A stretch of 64,000 nucleotides of DNA from Myxococcota bacterium (GTDB lineage: Bacteria > Myxococcota_A > Polyangia > Polyangiales > Houyiibacteriaceae): contig JBCCEA010000002.1 of NCBI GenBank assembly GCA_039030515.1, positions 64,001-128,000 of the forward strand, read 5' to 3'. The notes below the pieces were generated by a model that saw only the letters and a list, made by a program, of their open reading frames with translations, was not told where the DNA came from and searched no databases. How positions within the stretch are numbered: the stretch's first letter is position 1; each line of letters opens with the position of its first letter. The translations under genes and the position numbers were made by a program. Positions 37,918-48,018 of this stretch are shown one piece after another.

Positions 37918-40782
37918 ATGGTACCGCGACGCCTGATGAATTTACGCCGCAAACCGCCTTCTCCGCGACGTTCGATCACGACCGGCGCACTTCTCGCTCT
38001 GGCCTTTTTTCTCCTGACGGCCGTCCCGTCGATCGCCGGCATGTACATCGACTTTCGCTGGTTTCGCTCTTTGGGCTTTGTGAGCGTCTTCTTGACGCAG
38101 CTCCAGACCCAAGCCGTGCTCGGTCTGGTCGTGGGCTTCGCCGTGCTCGCCTGCCTGGGGCTCAACATCGCGCTCTCTGAACGCTTGACTCGGGGAACCC
38201 CCACCCTCCGGATTCGAGACGCGGATGGCGTTCCCCGGATCGACCTCGGAGCGTTTGTCCCGCGACTGTTGCGCGGCGCGGCTGCCCTTGCTGCGTGTAC
38301 CATCGGAGTGGCCGCAGCGGAGCACTGGGATATTTGGCTTTGCTTTCAGAACGCAGTTTCTTTCGGAACTACAGACCCTATTTTCGGTCGAGACGTTGCC
38401 TTTTACATCTTCACCCTGCCTCTGCTGGGCGGCGTTCGGACACTCGTCTTCTGGACTCTTGCGCTCTCCTTCGGCGCTTGCGCAGCAACCTACGCGATTC
38501 GCGGCAGCGTCAGTCCCGAGGGGAAAATCCAGCCCACTCGAGAAGCAAGAATCCACCTGTCTGTGCTTGGCGCAGTGGGCTTTCTCTTGTTGGCGTTCGA
38601 TGCCTGGCTCTCGACGGCAGAACTACTGTATTCCGACCTTGGGCCGGTAGGCGGGGCGAGTTACGCCGACGTGCACGCGGCCTTGCCCATGCGGAACGCT
38701 CAGATGGGCGTCAGTCTATTGGGCGCTTTTCTGGTGGCTTTGAGCACCATTCGCCAAAAAAACAGCCTGCTGATGGTGGCGGTAGGACTCTATGCAGTGG
38801 TGGGTCTCGTCCTGGTACGCGCCTACCCCTCGGCGGTGCACCGCTTCAGCGTGTTGCCCAACGAAGGCGCCAAAGAGGCACCGTTTATTCAACACAATAT
38901 CGAGGCGACCCGAGCCGCATACGGGCTCGAAAACGTAAAGGAGCGGGAACTTTCCGGAGAGGTCGGACTCACGATCGAAGACATCGAGGCCAATAGAGCC
39001 ACGATAGACAACATTCGAGTTTGGGATCATGCACCGCTGCTCGACACCTTCGGAGCGATCCAAGAAATTCGCACGTACTACGAGTTTCAGTCGGTAGACA
39101 ACGACCGCTATCGAATCGATGGAGAACTCCGGCAGACCATGCTGTCGCCTCGAGAGCTTTACGCGGAAAATCTCCCGAATGCGAGCTGGATCAATAGGCA
39201 CTTCACCTTCACCCATGGCTACGGGGTGACGCTCGGTCCGGTCAACGTCGCGACAAACGAAGGGCTCCCAGTGCTCCAAGTGAAGGACATCCCCCCCGAG
39301 TCGAGCATCCCCGAAATCTCGGTGAGTCGACCGGAAATCTACTTTGGCGAGCTGTCCAATGAGTACGTATTTGTGAAGACCGCAACCGACGAGTTCGACT
39401 ATCCATCCGGAGACGACAATGTCTACGCAGCATACGAGGGGAACGCGGGCATTCGACTGGACTCTGCCCTAACCGTTGCCGCACTCGCGATAAAGCTCTC
39501 TTCGATGAAGCTGCTGCTGTCAGAGGATATCGACGAGGAAAGTCGGGTGCTTCTCTATCGGAACATTCGGCAGCGGGTGACGCGTATCGCACCTTTTCTC
39601 GTCTACGATCGAGACCCTTATATGGTCGTCCGCGAGAACGGTCGCCTGGTATGGATTCAGGACGCCTATACGGTCTCCTCACGCTATCCCTACTCAGAGC
39701 TTTCTAGAGAAGGAATCAACTACATCCGCAATTCCGTCAAGGTCACTATCGACGCCTACGACGGTGATCTCACGTTTTATGTCAATGATGAAGCGGACCC
39801 TCTACTCGCTACTTGGGCGAAGATCTTCCCCGAGCTCTTTAGCGACATGGAAAACATGCCGCGCGACCTCCGCGAACACCTGCGCTATCCGGAAGATCTA
39901 TTTCGAGTGCAGACAGACATGTTCACAGTCTATCACATGGACTCTGCTCAACTTGTCTACAGCAGAGAAGACCAGTGGGAGGTGCCGACGATCACTTCGG
40001 GCGATTCTGCACAGAGACTGCAGCCCTACTTCACGGTCATGAAGCTCCCAGGCGAAGCGTCGGAAGAGTACATTCAGATGTTGCCCTTCACCCCAAAGCA
40101 TCGAGAAAATCTCTCCGCATGGATGGTGGCCCGCATGGACGGGGCGCGACTTGGTGAACTCGTCGTCTATCGGTTTCCAAAGCGCAGTTTGATTTTCGGC
40201 CCAGCTCAAATCATGAATCGAATCAATCAGGATGCCGATGTCTCACGGCAGATCTCCCTCTGGGACCAAAGAGGCTCCAGCGTAGATCTCGGCACCCTGC
40301 TCGTGATTCCAATTGAAGAGTCGCTGGTGTACGTGGTGCCGCTCTACCTTCGCTCATCGGGCGGGCGGATTCCGGAACTCAAACGCGTGATCGCCGTATA
40401 TGAAAACCGCATCGCTATGGAACCCACCTTGGATGCCGCCATTCGTTCGATCGTCAGTGGCTCCCAGGGGGAGGCACCGGTAGGAGACGACGCGAGGAGC
40501 ATCGACGAGGTGTCCCCAGAGACCACGGTGCGTTCAAACAACGCTGAGACGAATACGGCACTGCAGCTCCGGAATTTTGCCGGCCCAGGCGCGAACCGAC
40601 TGCAGGCAAAAGCACTTTTCGACCAGGCCACTGCGGCTCAACGGCGTGGCGACTGGGGGGGATACGGAGAAGCTTTGAAGGCCTTGGGAGCCGTTCTCAC
40701 TGAGCTCGCCTCACAACCAGAGCGCAACCTCGATCAATCCATAAGCGGCACCTCGCCCGACGATGCCTCTAGTGGCTATTGA
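37918..40782 (+). CDS. UPF0182 family membrane protein
   Basis: WFRSLGF, DPIFGRDVAFYIFTLP, DNDRY, FTHGYG, NYIRNSVK, HLRYP. Confidence 0.92.
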   Translation: MVPRRLMNLRRKPPSPRRSITTGALLALAFFLLTAVPSIAGMYIDFRWFRSLGFVSVFLTQLQTQAVLGLVVGFAVLACLGLNIALSERLTRGTPTLRIRDADGVPRIDLGAFVPRLLRGAAALAACTIGVAAAEHWDIWLCFQNAVSFGTTDPIFGRDVAFYIFTLPLLGGVRTLVFWTLALSFGACAATYAIRGSVSPEGKIQPTREARIHLSVLGAVGFLLLAFDAWLSTAELLYSDLGPVGGASYADVHAALPMRNAQMGVSLLGAFLVALSTIRQKNSLLMVAVGLYAVVGLVLVRAYPSAVHRFSVLPNEGAKEAPFIQHNIEATRAAYGLENVKERELSGEVGLTIEDIEANRATIDNIRVWDHAPLLDTFGAIQEIRTYYEFQSVDNDRYRIDGELRQTMLSPRELYAENLPNASWINRHFTFTHGYGVTLGPVNVATNEGLPVLQVKDIPPESSIPEISVSRPEIYFGELSNEYVFVKTATDEFDYPSGDDNVYAAYEGNAGIRLDSALTVAALAIKLSSMKLLLSEDIDEESRVLLYRNIRQRVTRIAPFLVYDRDPYMVVRENGRLVWIQDAYTVSSRYPYSELSREGINYIRNSVKVTIDAYDGDLTFYVNDEADPLLATWAKIFPELFSDMENMPRDLREHLRYPEDLFRVQTDMFTVYHMDSAQLVYSREDQWEVPTITSGDSAQRLQPYFTVMKLPGEASEEYIQMLPFTPKHRENLSAWMVARMDGARLGELVVYRFPKRSLIFGPAQIMNRINQDADVSRQISLWDQRGSSVDLGTLLVIPIEESLVYVVPLYLRSSGGRIPELKRVIAVYENRIAMEPTLDAAIRSIVSGSQGEAPVGDDARSIDEVSPETTVRSNNAETNTALQLRNFAGPGANRLQAKALFDQATAAQRRGDWGGYGEALKALGAVLTELASQPERNLDQSISGTSPDDASSGY

Positions 40783-42233
40783 ATCTCCCTCGCGAGCTCT
40801 TTGGCGCACAAACGGCAAACGGCAGAAATAAGCGCTTTCGGATCGAGCGGCTTGAGCAAGAAACCATCAGCGCCTAGCGACGATAGAATCTGCCAGTCTT
40901 GAGCAGTGCCTGCAGCGGTCACCACCAAAACCGGCACTCTAGAGTTGTGCTCCAAAGCACGGAGAGCGGAAACTACTTCGATCCCACTGAGATCGGGCAT
41001 CTTCAGGTCCACGATAGCGACGGATACAGGCTTTTCTTGTAACACTCGAAGTGCACCAACACCATCTGCAACCACGTCGATCGAGCTACCGGGAAAAGCC
41101 TCTTCCAAATGCAGTGCGAGCAAGTCGCAGAAGCTCTCGTCGTCGTCTGCGATCAGGATTCGACGCAGGGTTCCCTTGCCCGCTGCGCTTCCCGAATCTC
41201 CAAGCCGCTCTCGAAAATGATCGATAGAATCGATACGCTTTTTCGGATCCTTGACGAGCGACGAGGAGATGAGCGCGTCGAGCGCAGGCGTCAGTCCTGG
41301 TCGCAAGTAACTCGGCGGCTTTGGCGTTTCGATCACGTGTTGTTTTAGTATCGTGCTTCTCGCAGAAGTATCGAAGGGATGACATCCCGTGAGCAGCTCG
41401 TAAGCCATAATACCGAGTGCATAGAGGTCGATTCGATTCGCGAGCTTTGCCCGCACCTGCCCAAGAATGACTTCCGGCGCCATGTACGCAGGGGTTCCGA
41501 GCAAAGCTTGCGTCATCCGTTCAACAGCACGACTTAGGCCCAAGTCTGCGATCACTGCCCTCAAACCGGGGGCGATCAAAATATTGGAGGGTTTCAAGTC
41601 CCCGTGAACGTAACCAACGCGATGGATCGCCTGCACGCCGGCACAGACCTGATCGAGAATGTGCATCGCTTCGTCTAGTGGTGGGGGGTCCGGCTGATCG
41701 AGCAGACAATCTAAAGCGTCCCCAGCGATGTACTCCATGACGAAATACGGATTCTCTCGATGCGTACCGAATGCAAAAATACTAACGACGTTGGGATGCC
41801 GAATGCGCGCTAAAGCCCTGGCCTCTCCCATAAGGCGCCTCTGTGTGGCCTTCCCCTTCAATACAGATGGGTCGACGAACTTCATGGCCACCAATCTGTC
41901 GAGGTTCACGTCTCGAGCGAGAAACACACTGCCCATGGCGCCACTACCAAGTAAACCCAGCACGCGATACGTATCCTCGATGATCGATCCAGCGCGCGGA
42001 AGGGTCTGCTGATATCGAGCATCGGTAAAACCCTCGTCAATCAAATCTCCGACGCTATCCAAGTGCACCGGGCTTCCTTCAGCTGAATCGGTCAAGAGCC
42101 CCCCCTCCACATCGTCCCATCTAGAGGGAGCATATGCTCTGGTTTGCGAACGCAGACCGAGCTTTGCCACGCGCATATTAAGACGCGCTCCCCCTTGTGA
42201 GTGTACCTGATCGCGCCCGAGAAGAACTGTCAC
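40776..42233 (-). CDS. Ser/Thr protein kinase fused to a C-terminal response-regulator receiver domain (start uncertain)
   Basis: GSGAMG, VAMK, HGDLKPSN, DLG, GTPAYMAPE; receiver ADDD, VDLKMP, VTA, LKP. Confidence 0.9.
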   Translation of the reverse strand: MTVLLGRDQVHSQGGARLNMRVAKLGLRSQTRAYAPSRWDDVEGGLLTDSAEGSPVHLDSVGDLIDEGFTDARYQQTLPRAGSIIEDTYRVLGLLGSGAMGSVFLARDVNLDRLVAMKFVDPSVLKGKATQRRLMGEARALARIRHPNVVSIFAFGTHRENPYFVMEYIAGDALDCLLDQPDPPPLDEAMHILDQVCAGVQAIHRVGYVHGDLKPSNILIAPGLRAVIADLGLSRAVERMTQALLGTPAYMAPEVILGQVRAKLANRIDLYALGIMAYELLTGCHPFDTSARSTILKQHVIETPKPPSYLRPGLTPALDALISSSLVKDPKKRIDSIDHFRERLGDSGSAAGKGTLRRILIADDDESFCDLLALHLEEAFPGSSIDVVADGVGALRVLQEKPVSVAIVDLKMPDLSGIEVVSALRALEHNSRVPVLVVTAAGTAQDWQILSSLGADGFLLKPLDPKALISAVCRLCAKELAREIQ

Positions 42234-42293
42234 GAGGCGGGGATGCAGACAACCTTGTTTGGGGTGGATCGTCCAGCGATCAAAACGAAGGTC

Positions 42294-43148
42294 TCAGTAC
42301 GTCGACATCTCATAAAGCGAAAGGAGGATTTCGAACAGAATCAGCACGACGATGTACCATTCCACGCGGTAACTACGCTCTTGCTGCACAAGCTCCAGCA
42401 CGGTCTCTGCAGTCCGAGAGAGGATGCCCAGCTTGCGTTCAAGCGCCATATATCGCTCTCGCAATTCAAACTCATCCTGAAGCCGAAGGTAGATCGCTTC
42501 GAGCTCAGGATGCTCCCACAGAATCTCGGGCTTCTCTGCAACCTCAACCCGACCTACCGTTCTCGTTTGGACGAGAAGTGCCCCTCCGATTTGCCGCAGA
42601 AGCGCTCGGCTTCCTTGACCTCCACGCCCCGACCTGCGCAGGGACTCCGCCAACGGTTCGACGCGATCAAACTCCGCAGCCAAAGCTTCCTCGTAGTGCG
42701 CAAGAACCACGTTTTTGGCGAGCACATCGGCCACCGCCTGCACGTGTCCGACCGTGAGTGCGCGTACCCGGATGATGTCGTGCACAACCCGCTCTTCCTC
42801 GGCTCTATCGATATGTATCTCAACTTCTTCGTCCTCAGGAACAGCAAACCTGCCACTAAGTCGGGGTATAAGCTTCTCCACAAAATCCGATTCAAGACCA
42901 GGGTCAACGCCAAAGAAGACAGTCACCCCATATCGAAACAGTACGCATGCCCCCCCTCCATGGACCTCCAGTACCAGCGGAGCCGATCCCAAAATGTTTG
43001 CCGAATCGAGAGCCTTGAGATCGAAACGTTCTCCAAGAAACAACGCTCGGACTCGAATCGGTCGATCCAAATCGAGAACTGCACTTAGAGGAGGCGCTGA
43101 CACACCGGAAGTGCCCACCGGAAGATGGGAAATCTCTTGCACGTTCAA
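42294..43148 (-). CDS. RMD1/DUF155 family protein
   Basis: LFRYGVTVF, PEILWE, FELRER, RVEWYIVVLILFEI C-terminal TM. Confidence 0.85.
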   Translation of the reverse strand: MNVQEISHLPVGTSGVSAPPLSAVLDLDRPIRVRALFLGERFDLKALDSANILGSAPLVLEVHGGGACVLFRYGVTVFFGVDPGLESDFVEKLIPRLSGRFAVPEDEEVEIHIDRAEEERVVHDIIRVRALTVGHVQAVADVLAKNVVLAHYEEALAAEFDRVEPLAESLRRSGRGGQGSRALLRQIGGALLVQTRTVGRVEVAEKPEILWEHPELEAIYLRLQDEFELRERYMALERKLGILSRTAETVLELVQQERSYRVEWYIVVLILFEILLSLYEMSTY

Positions 43149-43216
43149 AGAGTATCAAAGCACGCAAAGGATAGGACGACTTCGTCGAGGCCCCTGCCGA
43201 GGATGGTCTATCTATT

Positions 43217-43233
43217 TTGGCATCGTCGATGCT
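43217..43233 (+). promoter_or_regulatory. Putative sigma54 promoter
   Basis: TTGGCATCGTCGATGCT (GG-N10-GC) upstream of a GGAGGA RBS. Confidence 0.5.
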
Positions 43234-43296
43234 AATCTGGCGTTTCAGTTTGTGTATTGCAGTGCTGCTCATACCACCATGCATGGAGGATGTATC

Positions 43297-43521
43297 GTGA
43301 CCAACGATTCGAAACCGGGCGAATGGGAACACGAGACCTACAACGCGCTTGAACGTATTTCCAAACATCCTCCCGAACTTCCGGGGGCAGAGCATGCCGC
43401 GCAGGCGAGCGAAACACCTGAGATCGAAAAAGAAAACGCACTCAGCTCTACCGTTTTGCGAGACGCGTTCGAAAAGATCACCGAAATCGACGACGCAGTA
43501 TTTTGCTACCGATTGGCCTGA
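43297..43521 (+). CDS. Small acidic hypothetical protein (74 aa)
   Basis: GGAGGA-N6-GTG start; lies between the sigma54-like promoter and the kinase gene. Confidence 0.5.
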   Translation: MTNDSKPGEWEHETYNALERISKHPPELPGAEHAAQASETPEIEKENALSSTVLRDAFEKITEIDDAVFCYRLA

Positions 43522-43618
43522 GTCGGTCGCTGTAGTTCAGTTCGACGTCTGAGCGTTCGACACGACTCCTCTTGCTATTCACCCTCGTTTCTCCCCTTCT
43601 CGGAGCTCTGCGTACCGC

Positions 43619-44887
43619 ATGTACATCCGAAAAAGAGCATCCGAATTACAGGGACTCGGTGCATACCCACCGATCGGTAGGCTCGGGCGCTACCAGCTGC
43701 TAGGTCGATTGGCGGCCGGAGGGATGGCTGAGATTTATTTGGCTCGAGAACCGGGGCCAAAGTCGGTGCATCGTCATGTCGTCGTGAAGCGAATCCTACC
43801 CCACGTGGCTGAGGATGAGATCGCCGTCGCGATGTTCGTGCATGAGGCCAAGCTCTGCGTTCAACTCCAGCATCCGAATATCTGTCCCGTCTATGAGTTC
43901 GGCGAAGACAACGGAACTTACTTCCTTGCAATGGAGTGGGTCCGTGGGGTGTCTTTACGCGCCTTGATCCAATCTGCATCTCGCGGCAACGACGCGAGTC
44001 TATCCGTGCATGTGATCACTCAAGTCTTTATCGAACTGGCTGGAGCATTGCATCATGCACACACAGCGACCGATTCCGAAGGCGTGCCACTCGGAATTGT
44101 CCACCGTGACGTCACTCCAGAAAACATCATCGTCGGATACAACGGGGTACCGAAGCTCATCGATTTTGGCGTGGCCAAAGCAAAAAACCAACAGCACCGT
44201 ACCGAAAAAGGTGTGCTCAAAGGCAAGTTTGCCTATATGTCTCCCGAGCAATATCAGGGAGCGTCTCTGGACCCACGCAGCGACGTCTTTTCCCTATGTA
44301 TCTGCTTGCATGAGGCATTAACTGGGAACGCTCTTTTTGAAAGAGCCTCTGAATACGAAACGGTTGCCGCGATAGTCCTCGACCCGGAGATTCCTTCAGT
44401 CCGTCAAACACGGCAAGAAGTATCTCAGTGCCTCGAAGACACGTTGATGGCGGGACTCGCAAAAGATCGCTCGGCGCGGATTGGCTCCGCAGATCAACTA
44501 CAAAAGCGGCTGGTTGCAACTTTGGAGAATTCAGGTCGGATCATTCGTCATGCGGCGGTATCCGAGTATCTAGAACTTCGCTTTCCCGGACAGTCTAAGA
44601 ACTTGCCGACCCTCGACCGACGTCCGGTGGCCTTTTCACGCAAACACGACGAGGCTGACTCGATACAACGGATGATGGCGGGAGTTGAGATCGACGACGC
44701 TGAGAACATGTTGATGCGCAGTCAAAAACGCAAGCCTCTACGACTGATCCTCCTGCTTCTCCTCATGCTCGCCGGTCTGGCATGTGCACTTTCGTGGGTG
44801 ATCCATCGAGCCCGAGTTCCAGCTCAGGAAACCGTTTCGGAGCTCGGCCCATGCAGCATGAGGCCCTCGGGAATCTTGGAGTCTTAG
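43619..44887 (+). CDS. Membrane-anchored Ser/Thr protein kinase
   Basis: AGGMA, VVKR, HRDVTPEN, DFG, GKFAYMSPEQ, C-terminal TM helix. Confidence 0.92.
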   Translation: MYIRKRASELQGLGAYPPIGRLGRYQLLGRLAAGGMAEIYLAREPGPKSVHRHVVVKRILPHVAEDEIAVAMFVHEAKLCVQLQHPNICPVYEFGEDNGTYFLAMEWVRGVSLRALIQSASRGNDASLSVHVITQVFIELAGALHHAHTATDSEGVPLGIVHRDVTPENIIVGYNGVPKLIDFGVAKAKNQQHRTEKGVLKGKFAYMSPEQYQGASLDPRSDVFSLCICLHEALTGNALFERASEYETVAAIVLDPEIPSVRQTRQEVSQCLEDTLMAGLAKDRSARIGSADQLQKRLVATLENSGRIIRHAAVSEYLELRFPGQSKNLPTLDRRPVAFSRKHDEADSIQRMMAGVEIDDAENMLMRSQKRKPLRLILLLLLMLAGLACALSWVIHRARVPAQETVSELGPCSMRPSGILES

Positions 44888-44942
44888 CTCGAACATCCAT
44901 CTTCACGTGCGATCGATCTACGATCACGAGTGTTCGGGCAAC

Positions 44943-44984
44943 GTTCTAGAGCTGAGCTGCAGAGTTCTAGAGCTGAGCTGCAGA
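44943..44984. repeat. 21-bp exact duplication containing the stop of the PilZ-HxlR gene
   Basis: gttctagagctgagctgcaga twice. Confidence 0.9.
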
Positions 44985-45809
44985 AACGTGATTCTGGATT
45001 GGCTCATTGGCCCAGTGAACCATCGATCGCACTATGGAAAGAATGCCGGCGCCCTTTGAAGTGAGTGCATAGGCCGTCATCCCATCGGATCGCAAATCCT
45101 GGGATACGATGCCGTACTGCTGGAGTCGGGCCAGTCTTGAGGGCAGAGATGCTTTCGGTTGTCGGCCAAAAAAGCCTTCGATCTCCTCACGAGTGCGCGT
45201 TCCCGACGACCTTAAGTAGCGCATCAGACGTATCGATTGTCGGTCCCCAAGAAGGCGAAGCGCGGAGAGGACTGGACAGTTCGACTCCGGTGAGGAGTCA
45301 TTGGGACTCGGGGGCATAGACTCACCGAGTCGTGAGTGACGGTTCGGAACTGCTGCGTGGTTTGTTTCGACCTGGGATCCTTCGCTTTCGGAGCTGGCTT
45401 CCTGAAGATATCGGTAGAGCGCGTGTAGATCCTTTGGGCGGAGGTCTCCGTACTCGATCCCGATTCCATCCGACCTCCTCCATCGCACGACGGCGGAGAA
45501 CTCAAGTTCTCTCCCCGTTCCCCTCCCAGAAGCACCCTCTTCAGTGAGCTCTTCTTCCGAGAGCGCGAAGGCTTCATCTGAGGGAGCCAGACCTTCGCCA
45601 AAAACGCGACAACCATCTGGAGAAAGAGCAGCAGACTGGAAAGGTGCGAGGGAAACCATCACCTCGGCTTCGTACGGTAGGGGCTCCTCCGTACGAATGA
45701 ACATTTTAGTGGGGAGAATTTTTGAGGCAGAACCGGCAAACTGAGTACCGTTGTACGTGATCAACACGGGTCGGTCCAGAATGCCTGTGGTGGTCGTAGA
45801 TGGGTGCAT
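44967..45809 (-). CDS. PilZ-like domain fused to an HxlR-type winged-helix domain
   Basis: MFIRT..PL, AVVRW..DGIGIEY (myxobacterial PilZ-type) with an acidic insert; CPVLSALRLLGDR..RLARLQQYGIV..YALTSKG (HxlR). Confidence 0.65.
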   Translation of the reverse strand: MHPSTTTTGILDRPVLITYNGTQFAGSASKILPTKMFIRTEEPLPYEAEVMVSLAPFQSAALSPDGCRVFGEGLAPSDEAFALSEEELTEEGASGRGTGRELEFSAVVRWRRSDGIGIEYGDLRPKDLHALYRYLQEASSESEGSQVETNHAAVPNRHSRLGESMPPSPNDSSPESNCPVLSALRLLGDRQSIRLMRYLRSSGTRTREEIEGFFGRQPKASLPSRLARLQQYGIVSQDLRSDGMTAYALTSKGAGILSIVRSMVHWANEPIQNHVSAAQL

Positions 45810-45830
45810 GGTGATCCTGATGAAATTCTC

Positions 45831-45847
45831 TGCAAATTACAGGCCAA
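45831..45847 (-). promoter_or_regulatory. Putative sigma54 promoter of the PilZ-HxlR gene
   Basis: Minus strand TTGGCCTGTAATTTGCA (GG-N10-GC). Confidence 0.55.
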
Positions 45848-46128
45848 GCCTGATCTACCAAAGGCATTCGACAAGATCAGACTGGGCGCTACGGATGGCC
45901 CAAAAATCGCGCGCGCACCTGAGAGGTCCTATTCCCTCTTCGACCTGAAATCATCAGCTATTACCAGAGAGCACATGTCGTGCTCGGCACGTTCAGGAGT
46001 GCTGCACACGCTCGGGAGTCCTCTGCTCTGAAACTAGGGTTTGCACGGCAGGCAGGATCTCGGATGCATCCGCTGCCAACTCGCGTTTCCACGCTGGGGT
46101 ATTCTGACCCAGTCCGATCCGAGGGCGC

Positions 46129-46422
46129 CTAGGATTCTTCAGGCGGTTTCCACGCTGTGGCAGCCATCTCTCCGTCCTCTAGTCCGATCCAGATGCGAAG
46201 CTGCTTGTACATGAAGTCGCTTCCTTCCTCGCTCGAGAGGTCGACACGGTAGGTGTTGATATATCGGACACTCTCCGTCAGCCACATATCCCAGGCTTGC
46301 TTTGAAATATTGTCGTAAACCCACGTGCCGAAGTCGTTGCGAAACGGCGGTTCCGTGAGTCCTGGGAGTTCTTCTTCGAGCTTCTTGCAGTGCACAAGAC
46401 GGTGTTCATCGGCCTCTGACAT
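46129..46422 (-). CDS. yggX: Fe(II)-trafficking / oxidative damage protection protein (YggX family)
   Basis: VHCKKL..GL..PP, NISKQAWDMW, INTYRVDL. Confidence 0.85.
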   Translation of the reverse strand: MSEADEHRLVHCKKLEEELPGLTEPPFRNDFGTWVYDNISKQAWDMWLTESVRYINTYRVDLSSEEGSDFMYKQLRIWIGLEDGEMAATAWKPPEES

Positions 46423-46465
46423 CGCTGTGGCGTAGTACATCCACTAGGCGTACGCACCCAAACTT

Positions 46466-47044
46466 CTATCGAAGATCACGTGCGCTAACCCCCTCAAGTT
46501 CGCTAAACCCAAGGCGATAGCTCAAGGTTTTGGTCTCAGAATACGTGCCGACCCAAACTCGGTACGTGCCGGCCTCAAACGCACCGTCAATGATTGGATT
46601 CCTATCTTCCGCATCGTCGTTGCAGCGAAGAGAACCGTTCGGATTTTGCACGATCAATGTGGAATCTCGTAGTGCACGGACGAGTATACGAAGCCTCTGA
46701 ATCCGATCGGTCACCCTCAAAGTATGCCCGGGTCTTCTTGACCGCCATCCCGGACAAGACGCATGCACCAAACTTCCTTGGACTGGACCACCTGCCCTGC
46801 CGCTCACCACCCAGGGATCTGGCTGAAACCCTGGTGACAATCGAACCAGACCGAACTCGCTGGTCGACTGAACCGAATCGTTGCTGTGCGACTCTTCGAT
46901 AGGAACGCAGGCAGAGGACTGGCAGAGGTAGATCAAGGTGCCAAACCCAAACCGGACCAAGGGTTGGCCCACAAGGATGCTGCGGTGAGGCTCCCGAGAT
47001 CTCATGACGCAATTGCCTTCGACATCGAACGCAGGAGCGCACAC
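46466..47044 (-). CDS. Secreted or lipoprotein with a PPC-like beta-sandwich domain (start uncertain)
   Basis: GFQPDP, AGG, CPGW, DSTLIV..CNDD, GTYRVWVG. Confidence 0.6.
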   Translation of the reverse strand: MCAPAFDVEGNCVMRSREPHRSILVGQPLVRFGFGTLIYLCQSSACVPIEESHSNDSVQSTSEFGLVRLSPGFQPDPWVVSGRAGGPVQGSLVHASCPGWRSRRPGHTLRVTDRIQRLRILVRALRDSTLIVQNPNGSLRCNDDAEDRNPIIDGAFEAGTYRVWVGTYSETKTLSYRLGFSELEGVSARDLR

Positions 47045-47084
47045 TGCAAAGGCCTTTTCGAACGCCCTGCCGAGTCAGGCACAC

Positions 47085-47678
47085 TCATGGACCGTCGGAC
47101 GCGTCTTGGACAAGTTCAAATAGGGAACAAAGCATTCGATGCGTTAGGCCCCATACCAACTGATCACCAACCGCGTATGCGGGCATCTGAATAGGTTTCC
47201 CTCGATGGACATAGGTGTATTCGGCGCTACGTTCGCCGCGAATTAGGGGACCGATCGGGGTCCAACACGTGTCTGCAACTTCGTCATTGGGCATCAGAGG
47301 CGGGTCGACCTGCTCAAGCTCGAAAACGAAGGGAGTCACGATGAGCCCCGTCGACGCACCCCGGATGGTCGCGTCCACTTCGTCGAGCGCTCCCAGCAGA
47401 TGCGCCGTCGCGCGGAGATCCAAACCGATTTCCTCTCGTGTTTCTCTACACACGGTCGCCACCAGAGAATCGTCTTGCGGCTCCGAGCGTCCTCCCGGGA
47501 ACGCCATTTGCCCAGACCACGGATCCCCTTTTCGAGTCGCTCGTCGAATGAGCAAGATCTCTGGCCCTGAGGGCGCACCTCGCAGGATGGCCGCGACAGA
47601 GGCTCGTCGTACATCAGAAAAAACCGGCAATCGCTTCGAAGGGGTCTGTGCGATGCGGATTCGAAATTCTGACAGCAT
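47085..47678 (-). CDS. Nudix hydrolase, CoA pyrophosphatase type
   Basis: SGQMAFPGG, Nudix box RETREEIG, VWGLT. Confidence 0.9.
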   Translation of the reverse strand: MLSEFRIRIAQTPSKRLPVFSDVRRASVAAILRGAPSGPEILLIRRATRKGDPWSGQMAFPGGRSEPQDDSLVATVCRETREEIGLDLRATAHLLGALDEVDATIRGASTGLIVTPFVFELEQVDPPLMPNDEVADTCWTPIGPLIRGERSAEYTYVHRGKPIQMPAYAVGDQLVWGLTHRMLCSLFELVQDASDGP

Positions 47679-48018
47679 GCTTTTCCACTGGAGTCCGGAT
47701 CACACACGTATCCTATGCAATCGAGCTACGCCGCCCGAAAAGAGATCGCGATGGCGTGCCTCAGAAACTGCGGTCACATGAGGACACCGAGAATCCGCAC
47801 TCATGAAGCAATAAGGATCCGGGTGCCAGGCTCTGCCTGACGTCACTGACAATAACGCGTTCAGCGCTGTCGAGTACCCCGCTCAAAGTCATCCAGTTGT
47901 CGCAGTAGGCCGCACACACCCTCAGGTTGGCCGCAGCAGGCACGTCTGCTACCACACAAAGCTTTACGGCGCTGCTTTCGACTGGCTCGCTTCCTTTGAG
48001 CGCTACCTTTGTACTATC

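Noticed and set aside
47679..48018. 64-aa ORF or purine riboswitch upstream of purB
   Set aside because: No RBS or protein motif, and no recognisable riboswitch consensus by eye
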